NCBI GenBank assembly: GCA_049964835.1
Contig: JBMFWW010000001.1
Location: forward strand, 131,589 to 195,588
DNA: 64,000 nt
From: Candidatus Micrarchaeia archaeon
GTDB taxonomy: Archaea > Micrarchaeota > Micrarchaeia > Micrarchaeales > CABMGC01
Reading direction: 5' to 3'
The notes beneath the pieces were generated by a model. That model was not told the origin of the DNA. It searched no databases and saw only the letters and a list, made by a program, of their open reading frames with translations. Below, one piece after another: positions 9,414 through 18,655 of this stretch. The number at the start of each line of letters is the position of its first letter. The first letter of the stretch is position 1. The position numbers were made by a program, and so were the translations under genes.

Positions 9414-9785
9414 ATGTAAAGGAAGCCCACGCCGTTTACGGGTGGGAGGATGTCACTTTACAGATGTTTACTATCTGAGATGGATTTAAATGGTGAGGTA
9501 ACATCATTAGTCATTTGAGGTGTTTTTTGGAGTGTAGGTTATAGTAGTAGTAATATTGGGCCTCAAACCGAAGAAATAGTAAGAAATTATATTAAATATT
9601 TGGACATTGGAATAAATGAAATTGACATTACTCTTTTATTTAAAAAGGATACTTAAAACTTGGCTTTGTTGATTTAGTCAGAGTTTATCAACAAAATTGG
9701 ACTTTTCAACAAAGCCTTAAAATTTTAGCTTTAGAAGAAGGCCATTGATAATGGTGTAAATTTTTACATTTTTGCGTAAAATAGC

Positions 9786-10247
9786 TCAGCTTTCTCGAAG
9801 TATTTTATTTATATCAGATCCTTTATCGTATTTAAGTGCAACAATTCCAAAGATTATAAGATAAAGCCATGCAAAAAGTGATATTCCTCTTCCATAACTG
9901 TACTGTAAGAATTGAATGTGACCAATTAAAAGCTGGGTTGTTATTCCGGGCATTATTATAAATGCGGATGAAAAAAATATTACTAAATTAAGTATGCTGT
10001 AAAATACAGCAGCTCCATACCACATTCTTAATCCTAATAAATATATGACACTTATTATTAAATAGAATGCAACTTCTGTTTCAAGCCAAAACGTAATAGT
10101 ATTTGTTGTTCCAGGACTGGCAAATAGATGACTGGCCACATTGAGCAAAGCAAAAAAAGCTAGCGAAAATCTTAACCAATGAATTTTATTGTGATCTATT
10201 CCATGCCAAAAACTATTTTTATTCATTGTCTTCATAAAATGTGACAC
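9786..10247 (-). CDS. small integral membrane protein (4 predicted TM helices)
   Basis: 153 aa, four long hydrophobic segments, no recognisable family. Confidence 0.5.
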   Translation of the reverse strand: MSHFMKTMNKNSFWHGIDHNKIHWLRFSLAFFALLNVASHLFASPGTTNTITFWLETEVAFYLIISVIYLLGLRMWYGAAVFYSILNLVIFFSSAFIIMPGITTQLLIGHIQFLQYSYGRGISLFAWLYLIIFGIVALKYDKGSDINKILRES

Positions 10248-10429
10248 CTATGAGAACTAGTCTGTAAAACTGATTTCCAATTAAGAAAATCAACCTTTAC
10301 AAACATCCATTTATTAATATATTATTCTTATCACTATTTTATATATCTTTTCATTACAATTTATTTGTAGTAAATTGGCAAATTAAATATCTTTGTGTTT
10401 ATAGTATTTTGTGGAGTTCCTCTTCTCTT

Positions 10430-10719
10430 TTTGTCGTCGTAAGACGATTTACCGTTAGACTCTTGAGCAACAGATACAACGAATGTATCGGTCACCTGCC
10501 AGGAGAACGAAAACATGGAAATATATTATTCAAAGAATAAAATACTAGAAGTTTGGGCAGCAGCCCTGGTCATAGTCCAGAAATATGGGCAATAGAAAGG
10601 AGTTTTTCAAGATTAAAAGGAGTTTTTGGTCTTTCAAAAATAAATTTGTTGGAATAAATAAGATCGCAATTCATGTATATTCTTGCCTTATTGCATACCT
10701 CATGAAATACGTGATGTAA
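10430..10719 (+). pseudogene. DDE transposase (IS4/IS5 superfamily) C-terminal remnant, frameshifted
   Basis: Translation gives IWAIERSFSRLKGVFGLSK, then a frameshift, then NKFVGINKIAIHVYSCLIAYLMKYVM*. This is the typical transposase C-terminal block (E-R-x-F-x-x-L-K). The region is GC-richer than its surroundings. Confidence 0.5.
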
Positions 10720-10825
10720 TGTGTTTGTATTTGACGAGGTGAGTGAATGAAAATGTCAAGTTCCTAATTCAAGGCATACAAAAAGTATTTTATAATTATA
10801 AGTTAAATATATTTTAAGTGATTAT

Positions 10826-11233
10826 ATGATAACAGGAATAGAAGTAAGTAAGGTTGAAGCGAAAAGAGAAAATCTCGAACCTATATCTAATATGAAGTTT
10901 AATATAAACTTCGATAATGTTGAAATAAAACAAGAATCAGTTAGTGTAGGTTTCACATTTGCTGCTGTTTATGAAACTGGTTCTGGAAATAAGCAAACAA
11001 AGGTTGGCGAGTTAGTAATTTCAGGAAAGGTTATGTCAAAGGAGTCAAAGAAAGATCTAGATGAGATAGATAGTACATGGAAAAATAAAAAGACATTGCC
11101 GTTAAGATTCGCAGAAGATGTAATAAATCTCGTAAACTTTGAATGCGGCTCAAGAGGAACATTAATTGCATACTCTATAGGTTTTGCTGCGCCATTGCCA
11201 ATATCCAGAGCAAAGCTTGAAGAAACAAAGTAA
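10826..11233 (+). CDS. hypothetical protein
   Basis: 135-aa ORF directly upstream of polB in the same orientation. No motif I can name with confidence. Confidence 0.45.
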   Translation: MITGIEVSKVEAKRENLEPISNMKFNINFDNVEIKQESVSVGFTFAAVYETGSGNKQTKVGELVISGKVMSKESKKDLDEIDSTWKNKKTLPLRFAEDVINLVNFECGSRGTLIAYSIGFAAPLPISRAKLEETK

Positions 11234-11263
11234 TTTTTATATATTTTTACGAGGAAGGGCTTT

Positions 11264-13672
11264 TTGGAGTTAGAAGGTATAATTATTGATATAGATTATT
11301 TCAATATATCAGAAAGGAGTATAATTCGTTTAACAATAAAATCAAAAGAAAAAATCTATACCTTGCTTGATAACTTCTTCCAGCCCTATTTCTATATTAT
11401 TCCAAACAACGATTCGATTTCTCTTTCTTCAATAAGCAACTTCAAAGATAATTTTGATGGTAGGGTAATAGCACCGTCAAAGGTTGAAGAAGTAAACATA
11501 AAATTAAAAGGAATTCTCACAAAAGTATTTAAGATCTATGTTAATAGCACAAGAGATGTAAACCATCTAAGTGAAGTATTAGCCGAATTTGGTCAAAGAT
11601 ACGAGTATGATATTCTATTTTGGAAAAGATATCTAATAGATAAAAATATAGTTCCTTTATCAGGAATAAAAGCAAGCGTTTCTGAGCTTGACGGTTCTCT
11701 TTATTTAGATAAAATAGAAAATATTTCTGATTATAATATAAATTTAAAGCATATTAGCTTCGATATTGAAACATACAACCCTCTAGGAGCCCCTAGGCCC
11801 TTAGTAGATCCAACTATAATGATAAGCTATACTGATGGAGAGCGAAAAGAGGTTCTTTCTACTAAACAGATAAAAAAGGATTTCTTAAGATACTTCAAAA
11901 CAGAAAAAGAAATGATTGATTATTTTACATCTATAATAAAAGAAAATGATTATGACTTTATTGTAGGATATAATTCATCTAATTTCGATTTGCCATATCT
12001 TATTAAAAGAGCTTCAGTAACTGGGGCATCATTTGAAATAGGAAGATATGGTGATGTTCCTAAACAAGAACATCATGGTTTATTAGAAGCAATAAAAATT
12101 CCAGGCAGGTCAAATGTAGACATATACAACGTAGCGAAATTTGTATCTATTGTTGGAGCATCTGAAAAACTAATACGCGCAAATAGATTTACACTTAGTG
12201 AAGTATACGCTGCTGTAACCGGAGACAAAAAACGTATGGTCGATAGACTAAACATCTGGCAAATTTGGGATGGTCCTCAAGAAGGTATAGAGGAACTTGC
12301 AGAATACTCACTTGCTGACTCATTAGCCTTAGATGAGTTATACAAATTTTTTATACCTTTAGAGATTGAACTTTCGAAGGTTTCCGGATCAACACTTGCA
12401 GAAACCTGCATATCAACAACAGGTCAATTAGTAGAGTATATGCTTATGAGATATGCACACGAGAACAACGAATTAATACCAAACAAGCCTTCAGACCGTG
12501 AGATAGTTTGGAGAAATGCTAATCCAATAGAGGGTGCATTTGTAAAAACTCCAGAAGCCGGTATTTATAACAATATAGCCGTTTTTGATTTTAGGGGTCT
12601 TTATCCATCAATAATTATAACTTATAATATAGATCCTTCTACATTAACAAAAAATCAAAATGCTGATGTTTTCAAATCACCAACAAACGCCTCATTCTTG
12701 AAAAAACCTTTAGGTGTAATACCAAAGGTTCTCAAACTTTTAATAGACCAAAGATCAGAAGTCAAAAAAGCCTATAAAAAAGATCCAGATAATAAATCAT
12801 TAGGCGCAAGATCAACAGCACTTAAAATACTTGCAAACTCTTTTTATGGATATCTTGGCTATGCAAGATCAAGATGGTACTCTAGAGAATCTGCAGAAAG
12901 TGTAACTGCTTTTGGAAGAGAGTACATTAAAAAAACAATGGAAACTGCAGAAAAACACGGATTTAAGGTATTATACTCAGATACAGACAGCATATTTTTA
13001 GAGTTAGCAGGAAAGTCAAAAGAGGAAGCTCTTTCATTTCAAAAAATAGTAAATGAGTCGCTTCCAGAATCCATGGAACTTGAGCTTGAGGATTTTTATA
13101 CTCGTGGAGTTTTTGTAGGAAAGAAAGGACCAAACTCAAAAGGTGCAAAGAAAAAGTATGCACTGCTTTCAGAATCTGGCAGAATAAAAATAAAAGGATT
13201 TGAACTTGTAAGAAGAGACTGGTCAGTTATTTCAAGAAATACGCAAAGATTAGTTTTAGAGACTATATTAAAAGAAGGAAGCAAAGAGAAAGCAATATCT
13301 ATAGTAAAAGATGTAATTAAAAACTTAAGAGAAGGCAATGTAGAAATAAAAGATTTAGTTATACAAACTCAATTAAGGAAAAAAATAGATAATTATGATT
13401 CTAAATCTCCAGAACTTGCCGCTGTTAAAAAGGCAATAGCAAAAGGTCAAAAAAAGAAGGTAGATATGGAAGGTGCAACAGTAGGTTATGTAATAACAAA
13501 AAATGGAAGTACTATATCTGAAAAGGCAGAACTAGAAGAGTTTGCAGAAAACTATGATGCTGAATACTATATTAATCATCAAATAATTCCATCAACTCTC
13601 AAAATTCTAAAAGAGTTGGGCATAACTGAAGAAGAACTTAAGGGTCTGGGTTCGCAAAAAAAACTAATGTGA
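11264..13672 (+). CDS. polB: family-B DNA polymerase
   Basis: Exonuclease motifs FDIET, NSSNFDLPYL and YSLADS. Polymerase motifs DFRGLYPSII, KILANSFYGYLGY and YSDTDS. TTG start. No intein-sized insertion. Confidence 0.95.
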   Translation: MELEGIIIDIDYFNISERSIIRLTIKSKEKIYTLLDNFFQPYFYIIPNNDSISLSSISNFKDNFDGRVIAPSKVEEVNIKLKGILTKVFKIYVNSTRDVNHLSEVLAEFGQRYEYDILFWKRYLIDKNIVPLSGIKASVSELDGSLYLDKIENISDYNINLKHISFDIETYNPLGAPRPLVDPTIMISYTDGERKEVLSTKQIKKDFLRYFKTEKEMIDYFTSIIKENDYDFIVGYNSSNFDLPYLIKRASVTGASFEIGRYGDVPKQEHHGLLEAIKIPGRSNVDIYNVAKFVSIVGASEKLIRANRFTLSEVYAAVTGDKKRMVDRLNIWQIWDGPQEGIEELAEYSLADSLALDELYKFFIPLEIELSKVSGSTLAETCISTTGQLVEYMLMRYAHENNELIPNKPSDREIVWRNANPIEGAFVKTPEAGIYNNIAVFDFRGLYPSIIITYNIDPSTLTKNQNADVFKSPTNASFLKKPLGVIPKVLKLLIDQRSEVKKAYKKDPDNKSLGARSTALKILANSFYGYLGYARSRWYSRESAESVTAFGREYIKKTMETAEKHGFKVLYSDTDSIFLELAGKSKEEALSFQKIVNESLPESMELELEDFYTRGVFVGKKGPNSKGAKKKYALLSESGRIKIKGFELVRRDWSVISRNTQRLVLETILKEGSKEKAISIVKDVIKNLREGNVEIKDLVIQTQLRKKIDNYDSKSPELAAVKKAIAKGQKKKVDMEGATVGYVITKNGSTISEKAELEEFAENYDAEYYINHQIIPSTLKILKELGITEEELKGLGSQKKLM

Positions 13673-14436
13673 AAAATATGGAGTATAATTTTAGTAATGT
13701 AAAACCCCCTTCCTCATATAGTTATTTTGATAGAAAATTAAGAAGAAAAAACAAGATAACAAAAGAAATGAAGGATTTACCGAAAACCTACAATTCAAAA
13801 AACTGTTATCATACGAATCCGATGACCTATTATTACAGAACCTTGAGAGAACTACAAGATCTTCCATTAAAAGCTAATAAAAATGATAAATTTTTGGATT
13901 GGGGTTGTTCAACTGGTGTATCTACGATAGCTATAGCAAATTCATTCAAAGAAGCAACAGTTATCGGTCTTGACATATCTGAAACAAGAGTAAAAATAGC
14001 ATTGCAGCGTACATTGGTTACATTAAAAAAAGGATACATTACAGTTTACAATTCATCTATAGCAAGTCTTGTTAAGGAAGAAATTCCTAATCCTGAATGT
14101 ATTAAAGTACCAAAGGCGTTTTTAGTTGCTGATGGGTTCAATTCACCATTCAAGGACAAAGAATTTAATACTGTATTTTGTATGAATAATATTTACTATA
14201 TATTAAACAAAGCAGATGAAGCAGACCTATCATTAAAAATGAGAGAGTTATTAAGAGTAATAAAAGAAAAAGGGCATTTACTAATAACTGGAACTGATGA
14301 TCTTATAAACCTAGAGATATTACTACTTGAGAAGAGAGATAACAAGATGCAACCCGTATGCTCTACATTTACATTAAATAATGAAACTTCAAGGAAAAGA
14401 ATGGAACTAATAATGAAAATGTGCAACAGATCTTAA
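13669..14436 (+). CDS. class I SAM-dependent methyltransferase
   Basis: Motif I FLDWGCSTGVSTIAIA and post-I GLDIS. The start overlaps the polB stop, and the first ATG is at 13678. Confidence 0.7.
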   Translation: MKNMEYNFSNVKPPSSYSYFDRKLRRKNKITKEMKDLPKTYNSKNCYHTNPMTYYYRTLRELQDLPLKANKNDKFLDWGCSTGVSTIAIANSFKEATVIGLDISETRVKIALQRTLVTLKKGYITVYNSSIASLVKEEIPNPECIKVPKAFLVADGFNSPFKDKEFNTVFCMNNIYYILNKADEADLSLKMRELLRVIKEKGHLLITGTDDLINLEILLLEKRDNKMQPVCSTFTLNNETSRKRMELIMKMCNRS

Positions 14437-14449
14437 ATTAGGAGATAAA

Positions 14450-15352
14450 ATGGAAGATAATATAAAAATATTAAAAGAAGCAGGAAAGATTTCTGTAGAT
14501 GCTTTAAATTATTCAAAATCAATAGTAAAAGAAGGAGTAAAGCTAATTGATGCTGCAGAAAAGATAGAGCTTTTTATAAAAGAGAAAGGCTATGGGCTTT
14601 CATTTCCAATAAATATATCAATAAATGAAAAGGCAGCACATTTTACACCTTCAAAAAAATCTGAACTAATTTTTAATAAAAATGATCTTGTTAAAATAGA
14701 TCTTGGTGCTAGATATGAAAACTCCTTATCAGATTGTGCAATAAGTATAGATCTCTCTGGAGAAAATCAAAAAATGGTAGACACTGCAGAAAAGGCATTA
14801 GAAGAAGCAATTTCATTAGTTAAATCAGGTAGAAAGGTTTGGGAGATAGGTGCAGCGATTGAAAATGTAGCTAAAAAAGCAGGATTTAAGCCAATAATGA
14901 ATCTGGGTGGCCATGGTATAGAAAGTGATGAACTTCACGCAGGGGTATTCATACCAAATTTTGACAATGGAGACGATACTGAGTTAGAAGAAGGTCAAAT
15001 AATATCTATAGAACCATTTATAACAAATGGTTTTGGTTATGTTGACGAAACAGATGACGTTCAAATATATCAATTAATATCTATAAATACAACTCCAAGA
15101 TCATCAGAATCAAGAACTGTCCTTGAGCACATCAAAAAGAATTATCTTACATATCCCTTTTCTTTAAGATGGCTTGAAAGTTCACTATCAGAGTTATCTG
15201 AATTTAAGATACTCAAAGCAATTTCAGAATTGGATTCTTTAGGTATGTTGGAAAAGTTCCCAGTTCTTATAGAGCGAAAGAAGGGAATAGTAGCACAGGC
15301 AGAAAAAGAGCTTTTAGTTGAAAAGGATTCATGCACAGTTTTAACTAAGTAA
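14450..15352 (+). CDS. map: methionine aminopeptidase, type 2 (archaeal)
   Basis: 300 aa. Pita-bread fold metal ligands in conserved context (KIDLGA, GHGIE, ISIEP), and a helical insertion typical of type 2. Confidence 0.9.
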   Translation: MEDNIKILKEAGKISVDALNYSKSIVKEGVKLIDAAEKIELFIKEKGYGLSFPINISINEKAAHFTPSKKSELIFNKNDLVKIDLGARYENSLSDCAISIDLSGENQKMVDTAEKALEEAISLVKSGRKVWEIGAAIENVAKKAGFKPIMNLGGHGIESDELHAGVFIPNFDNGDDTELEEGQIISIEPFITNGFGYVDETDDVQIYQLISINTTPRSSESRTVLEHIKKNYLTYPFSLRWLESSLSELSEFKILKAISELDSLGMLEKFPVLIERKKGIVAQAEKELLVEKDSCTVLTK

Positions 15353-15397
15353 ATAATAGTAATTTATAAAAATAAATTATTTATAAATAATATGTTA

Positions 15398-16300
15398 CTA
15401 CTTAACAAGAGTTACCCAATCAAATTCATCATTTTTTCCAGCAGTAGCATCTGCATAAGCTTCTGAAAGCATTTTTGTAAATGGTCCTATACTTCCCTTT
15501 CCTATAATTTTATTATCAACATATCCTATTGGAGTTATCTCGGCAGCAGTTCCTGCAAAAAATAATTCATCTGCATTATAAAGCTCTTCTCTATGAATTA
15601 GTCGTTCATTAACTACTATGCCTTTGTTTTCAGCTAGCTTTATTATCGTGTCCCTAGTGTAGCCCATAAGTATATCAGATTCTTCTGAAGGCGTTATCAG
15701 TTCATTATTTTTAACTAGGAATATGTTTTCTCCAGGACCCTCAGCTACAAAGCCTCTTACATCTAGCAGTATGGCTTCATTAGCCCCTAACGATTTTGCC
15801 TCATTAGACGCTATTATCGAGTTAAGGTAATTGCCACTAGCCTTAGCTTGAGGAGGAAGTATCTGTGAATTAATTCTTCTCCATGAAGAAACAATACATC
15901 TTATACCTTTATTTTCTGCTTTGAAGTATTTGCCAAACTCAACAGCAGCTATTCCTACACTTATTTTTTTACCCTCTACTCCTAGCCCTATTTTACTATC
16001 ATTATAAAATGCGAAAGGTCTTATATATCCAGATTTGATATTATTTTTCTTTACAACTTTTAGAACAGCATCACAAAGCTCATTCAATGTATAATTTATT
16101 TTCATGTCATATATTTTAGCACTTCTCAGAAATCTTTCCATATGGTTTCTAAGCCTAAAAACTCCCACCCCCATATCAGTTTCATAAGCTCTGATACCTT
16201 CAAAAACGCCACTTCCATACTGTAAAGAATGAGTTAGCATATCAAAAGATACATCTTTTCTTTGAAGAATCTTTCCATCAAACCAAACATAACCTTCCAT
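15398..16300 (-). CDS. ilvE: branched-chain amino acid aminotransferase
   Basis: 300 aa. Fold-type IV PLP enzyme pattern: FEGIRAY, RP..F, KASGNY, GENIF, GTAAE. Confidence 0.9.
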   Translation of the reverse strand: MEGYVWFDGKILQRKDVSFDMLTHSLQYGSGVFEGIRAYETDMGVGVFRLRNHMERFLRSAKIYDMKINYTLNELCDAVLKVVKKNNIKSGYIRPFAFYNDSKIGLGVEGKKISVGIAAVEFGKYFKAENKGIRCIVSSWRRINSQILPPQAKASGNYLNSIIASNEAKSLGANEAILLDVRGFVAEGPGENIFLVKNNELITPSEESDILMGYTRDTIIKLAENKGIVVNERLIHREELYNADELFFAGTAAEITPIGYVDNKIIGKGSIGPFTKMLSEAYADATAGKNDEFDWVTLVK

Positions 16301-16436
16301 CTAATCAATATTAAATATGCTATAATGTTTTTATATATATCTAGAAGATTGGTGTTGCAAAATGAATGTCATACTATGTTTATATGCTCTGCTATTTCAC
16401 ATAAGCTTATAAATTTTCATTTTTAATAATATAGAC

Positions 16437-17279
16437 ATGGCAACCTTCAGAACCTTCTTAATATCTGTTTTAGGCGCAGTTTTTTTCTTAGGTGTTGTTA
16501 ATGCAACTACCTATATAGCAATACAAAGTCCGGTAGTCGCAACACTTTACAATAATGGCAGTACTTACATTGGAAAGGTAGGCCCTGGAGAGAGTTTTTA
16601 CATACTCACAAATGCTTCTACTACAAATAAAACCGGTGCCTATGTAAACATAGGTTGGGATACGCTCACAGCGGTTAAATTGCCATCTGGTTGGTATGCA
16701 CAATCATCTCCTTCATATGCAAATCCTATGCGAATAAGAATAACAGTATCACCAAATTCAACAAATAGTAGATATGCTCTGGTTTTAAGAGCTGTAAACT
16801 TCAATAATTATTCAAAATTAGGCAATCTTACATTTACTGCTTATGTAAATGTGAGCACAAATGTTTTCACCGTTTCTGTAACTCCGAATACCGTTTATTC
16901 TGGAATAAATCAGCCGGTAAATTTATATATAAAAATAAATAACACTGGAATTTCAGATGATCCATTTATAATATCCTCAAAAGGACTTCCATCCTGGAAT
17001 GTTACCGACTCAGCGATATCCCTACATGGAAAAAGTACAGTTTTCAAATATCCAATTTTTGTTGGACAACCTGGATTATATAAATTAAATCTAACTGTGT
17101 CATCATCTTCAAGTAGTCTTTTAAGAGAATCATATCCTATTAATTTTGAAGTAAATACAACTGTTTTAAATGACTACAAAGCGATAGGCAGCGGTGTTCC
17201 TCTATCACCAATAATATTCGAACCTGCATATGCATTTATGTCATTTCTTCAATACATCTACTCATTAGTTTTTAATTAA
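16437..17279 (+). CDS. secreted sequon-rich surface protein
   Basis: Signal-like N-terminus (LISVLGAVFFLGVVNA), at least 10 N-x-S/T sequons, hydrophobic C-terminus. Confidence 0.55.
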   Translation: MATFRTFLISVLGAVFFLGVVNATTYIAIQSPVVATLYNNGSTYIGKVGPGESFYILTNASTTNKTGAYVNIGWDTLTAVKLPSGWYAQSSPSYANPMRIRITVSPNSTNSRYALVLRAVNFNNYSKLGNLTFTAYVNVSTNVFTVSVTPNTVYSGINQPVNLYIKINNTGISDDPFIISSKGLPSWNVTDSAISLHGKSTVFKYPIFVGQPGLYKLNLTVSSSSSSLLRESYPINFEVNTTVLNDYKAIGSGVPLSPIIFEPAYAFMSFLQYIYSLVFN

Positions 17280-17298
17280 ATATAAAAAAGCTGAGTAT

Positions 17299-17973
17299 TT
17301 GCCAAAAAAAGAAAATAAATTGTTAATTTATCCTTTAGAGTTAGAGTCTATTACAGACATTGCTAGACTTGCATACAATTTTGATTATACCTCAGATCCT
17401 GTTTTTCTAGATAAAAAATCTAAAATACTTTTCATTTTCGGAGAAAAAATACTTAATTCAAATATAATCTACTTTATTAAATTAAACAATTACAATGAAG
17501 AAGAGTTCATAAAATATATTTTATCTACCATTGGTAATGATGAAAAAGCCGAGTTAACAAGTAAAAAATCAGATGATATAAACACTTCGTTCTATATAAA
17601 TATAATAAAAATAGAAAATTACACATTTAAATTTAGCAAAACACCCAAAGATAAATCATTAAGTATAACTTTAAGCTCTCTTTCTGATTTAGTAAAACTC
17701 TCTTTATTAAAAAATCCGGATGACAACAAGATTAATAAACTCTATTCATTCAAAGAAGGTTCAAACTCTTTTTTATTTGGGATCGATTTAATAGACGCAT
17801 TACATGACGATAAAAAAATATTTTATATTTCTGAATACAAATCAACTGTAAATCCTAGTTTTATTGCATATGATTATAAAAATAACAAGATGGAATTTCA
17901 AAATAAGATTGGGGATCATCAATTTTTGTATGTAAAAATAATAAATTTAAAAAATAAGCCAATTTTCATTTGA
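17299..17973 (+). CDS. hypothetical protein
   Basis: 224-aa ORF with a TTG start. Lys/Asn-rich, no recognisable motif. Confidence 0.4.
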   Translation: MPKKENKLLIYPLELESITDIARLAYNFDYTSDPVFLDKKSKILFIFGEKILNSNIIYFIKLNNYNEEEFIKYILSTIGNDEKAELTSKKSDDINTSFYINIIKIENYTFKFSKTPKDKSLSITLSSLSDLVKLSLLKNPDDNKINKLYSFKEGSNSFLFGIDLIDALHDDKKIFYISEYKSTVNPSFIAYDYKNNKMEFQNKIGDHQFLYVKIINLKNKPIFI

Positions 17974-18020
17974 ATAAGAAGCTTTTAATATTTTTATGAT
18001 AAAATAAATATACTTATTCT

Positions 18021-18093
18021 GCCCGAATAGCTCAGTGGTAGAGCGAGTGGCTGTTAACCACTAGGTCGAAGGTTCGATCCCTTCTTCGGGCGA
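18021..18093 (+). tRNA. tRNA-Asn (GUU)
   Basis: Manual cloverleaf: acceptor GCCCGAA/TTCGGGC, D arm GCTC-AGTGGTA-GAGC, anticodon arm AGTGG-CTGTTAA-CCACT, T arm GAAGG-TTCGATC-CCTTC. Confidence 0.9.
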
Positions 18094-18109
18094 TGCAATT
18101 CATCTAGAA

Positions 18110-18418
18110 AGAACCAGTCTTAACTTCTCCGTTGCGTACATAATGAGTCATAATTACCAGTAACAAATATAACGTACATCTCTCCTAGTACCGGTTCATA
18201 TTGTGGAGCTGCCATCCAGTCAGCGGCAGATATATCGATAGCCCCTTTTTTATGTGTGCATTGATAATTCTGTTATGCTTTTCTGGAGGGAATCCATCTT
18301 TCATAGATGTATCAGCAAGTTTTGTCAAAGTCAGCTCTCCTCCAAAGCATTTATGGTAAAAAGTCATTGCTTTAGCACAGTCGCCATCAAATAAGAGAAA
18401 CGGAGTGGTTTGTAGCAT
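18110..18418 (-). pseudogene. VOC/PhnB-like (glyoxalase fold) gene, frameshifted
   Basis: The N-terminal 60 aa (MLQTTPFLLFDGDCAKAMTFYHKCFGGELT...NAHIKKG) match the PhnB-like pattern. The frame then breaks, and the remainder is readable in another frame (AIDISAADWMAAPQYEP...). Confidence 0.5.
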
Positions 18419-18655
18419 ATTTTCACCTTTTGGCTATAAAACTCAAATTATTTAAATCCTCCTTACCAGCAAATGTGCCTGACGCACATTTTGCTTTAGT
18501 TTTTAATTTATTTTTGCTGGAAAGATTCAATGAGCCAGAATAGCCGTATACTGGAACTCATCAGGCTATCACATTTAAAAAGTCAAAACAATTAATCCTT
18601 CATTAGCATATCTTGAGAAAAATATTGCTAAAAATTAAAAAGTATATTTTAATCT

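Larger units (their letters stand above)
8929..9456 (+). mobile_element. IS200/IS605-family derived non-autonomous element (hairpin ends, no TnpA, truncated TnpB)
   Basis: GC-rich island in AT-rich DNA. Related subterminal hairpins at 8941-8961 (CCCACACTCTTTAGAGGTGGG) and 9426-9446 (CCCACGCCGTTTACGGGTGGG). Internal TnpB-derived ORF. Confidence 0.6.

Noticed and set aside
11264-13672. Possible intein in PolB, or an intron or homing-endonuclease ORF in the 23S rRNA gene.
   Set aside because: PolB motifs A, B and C are contiguous at normal spacing in an 802-aa protein. The 23S gene is short (about 2.83 kb) and holds no ORF with LAGLIDADG-like features.
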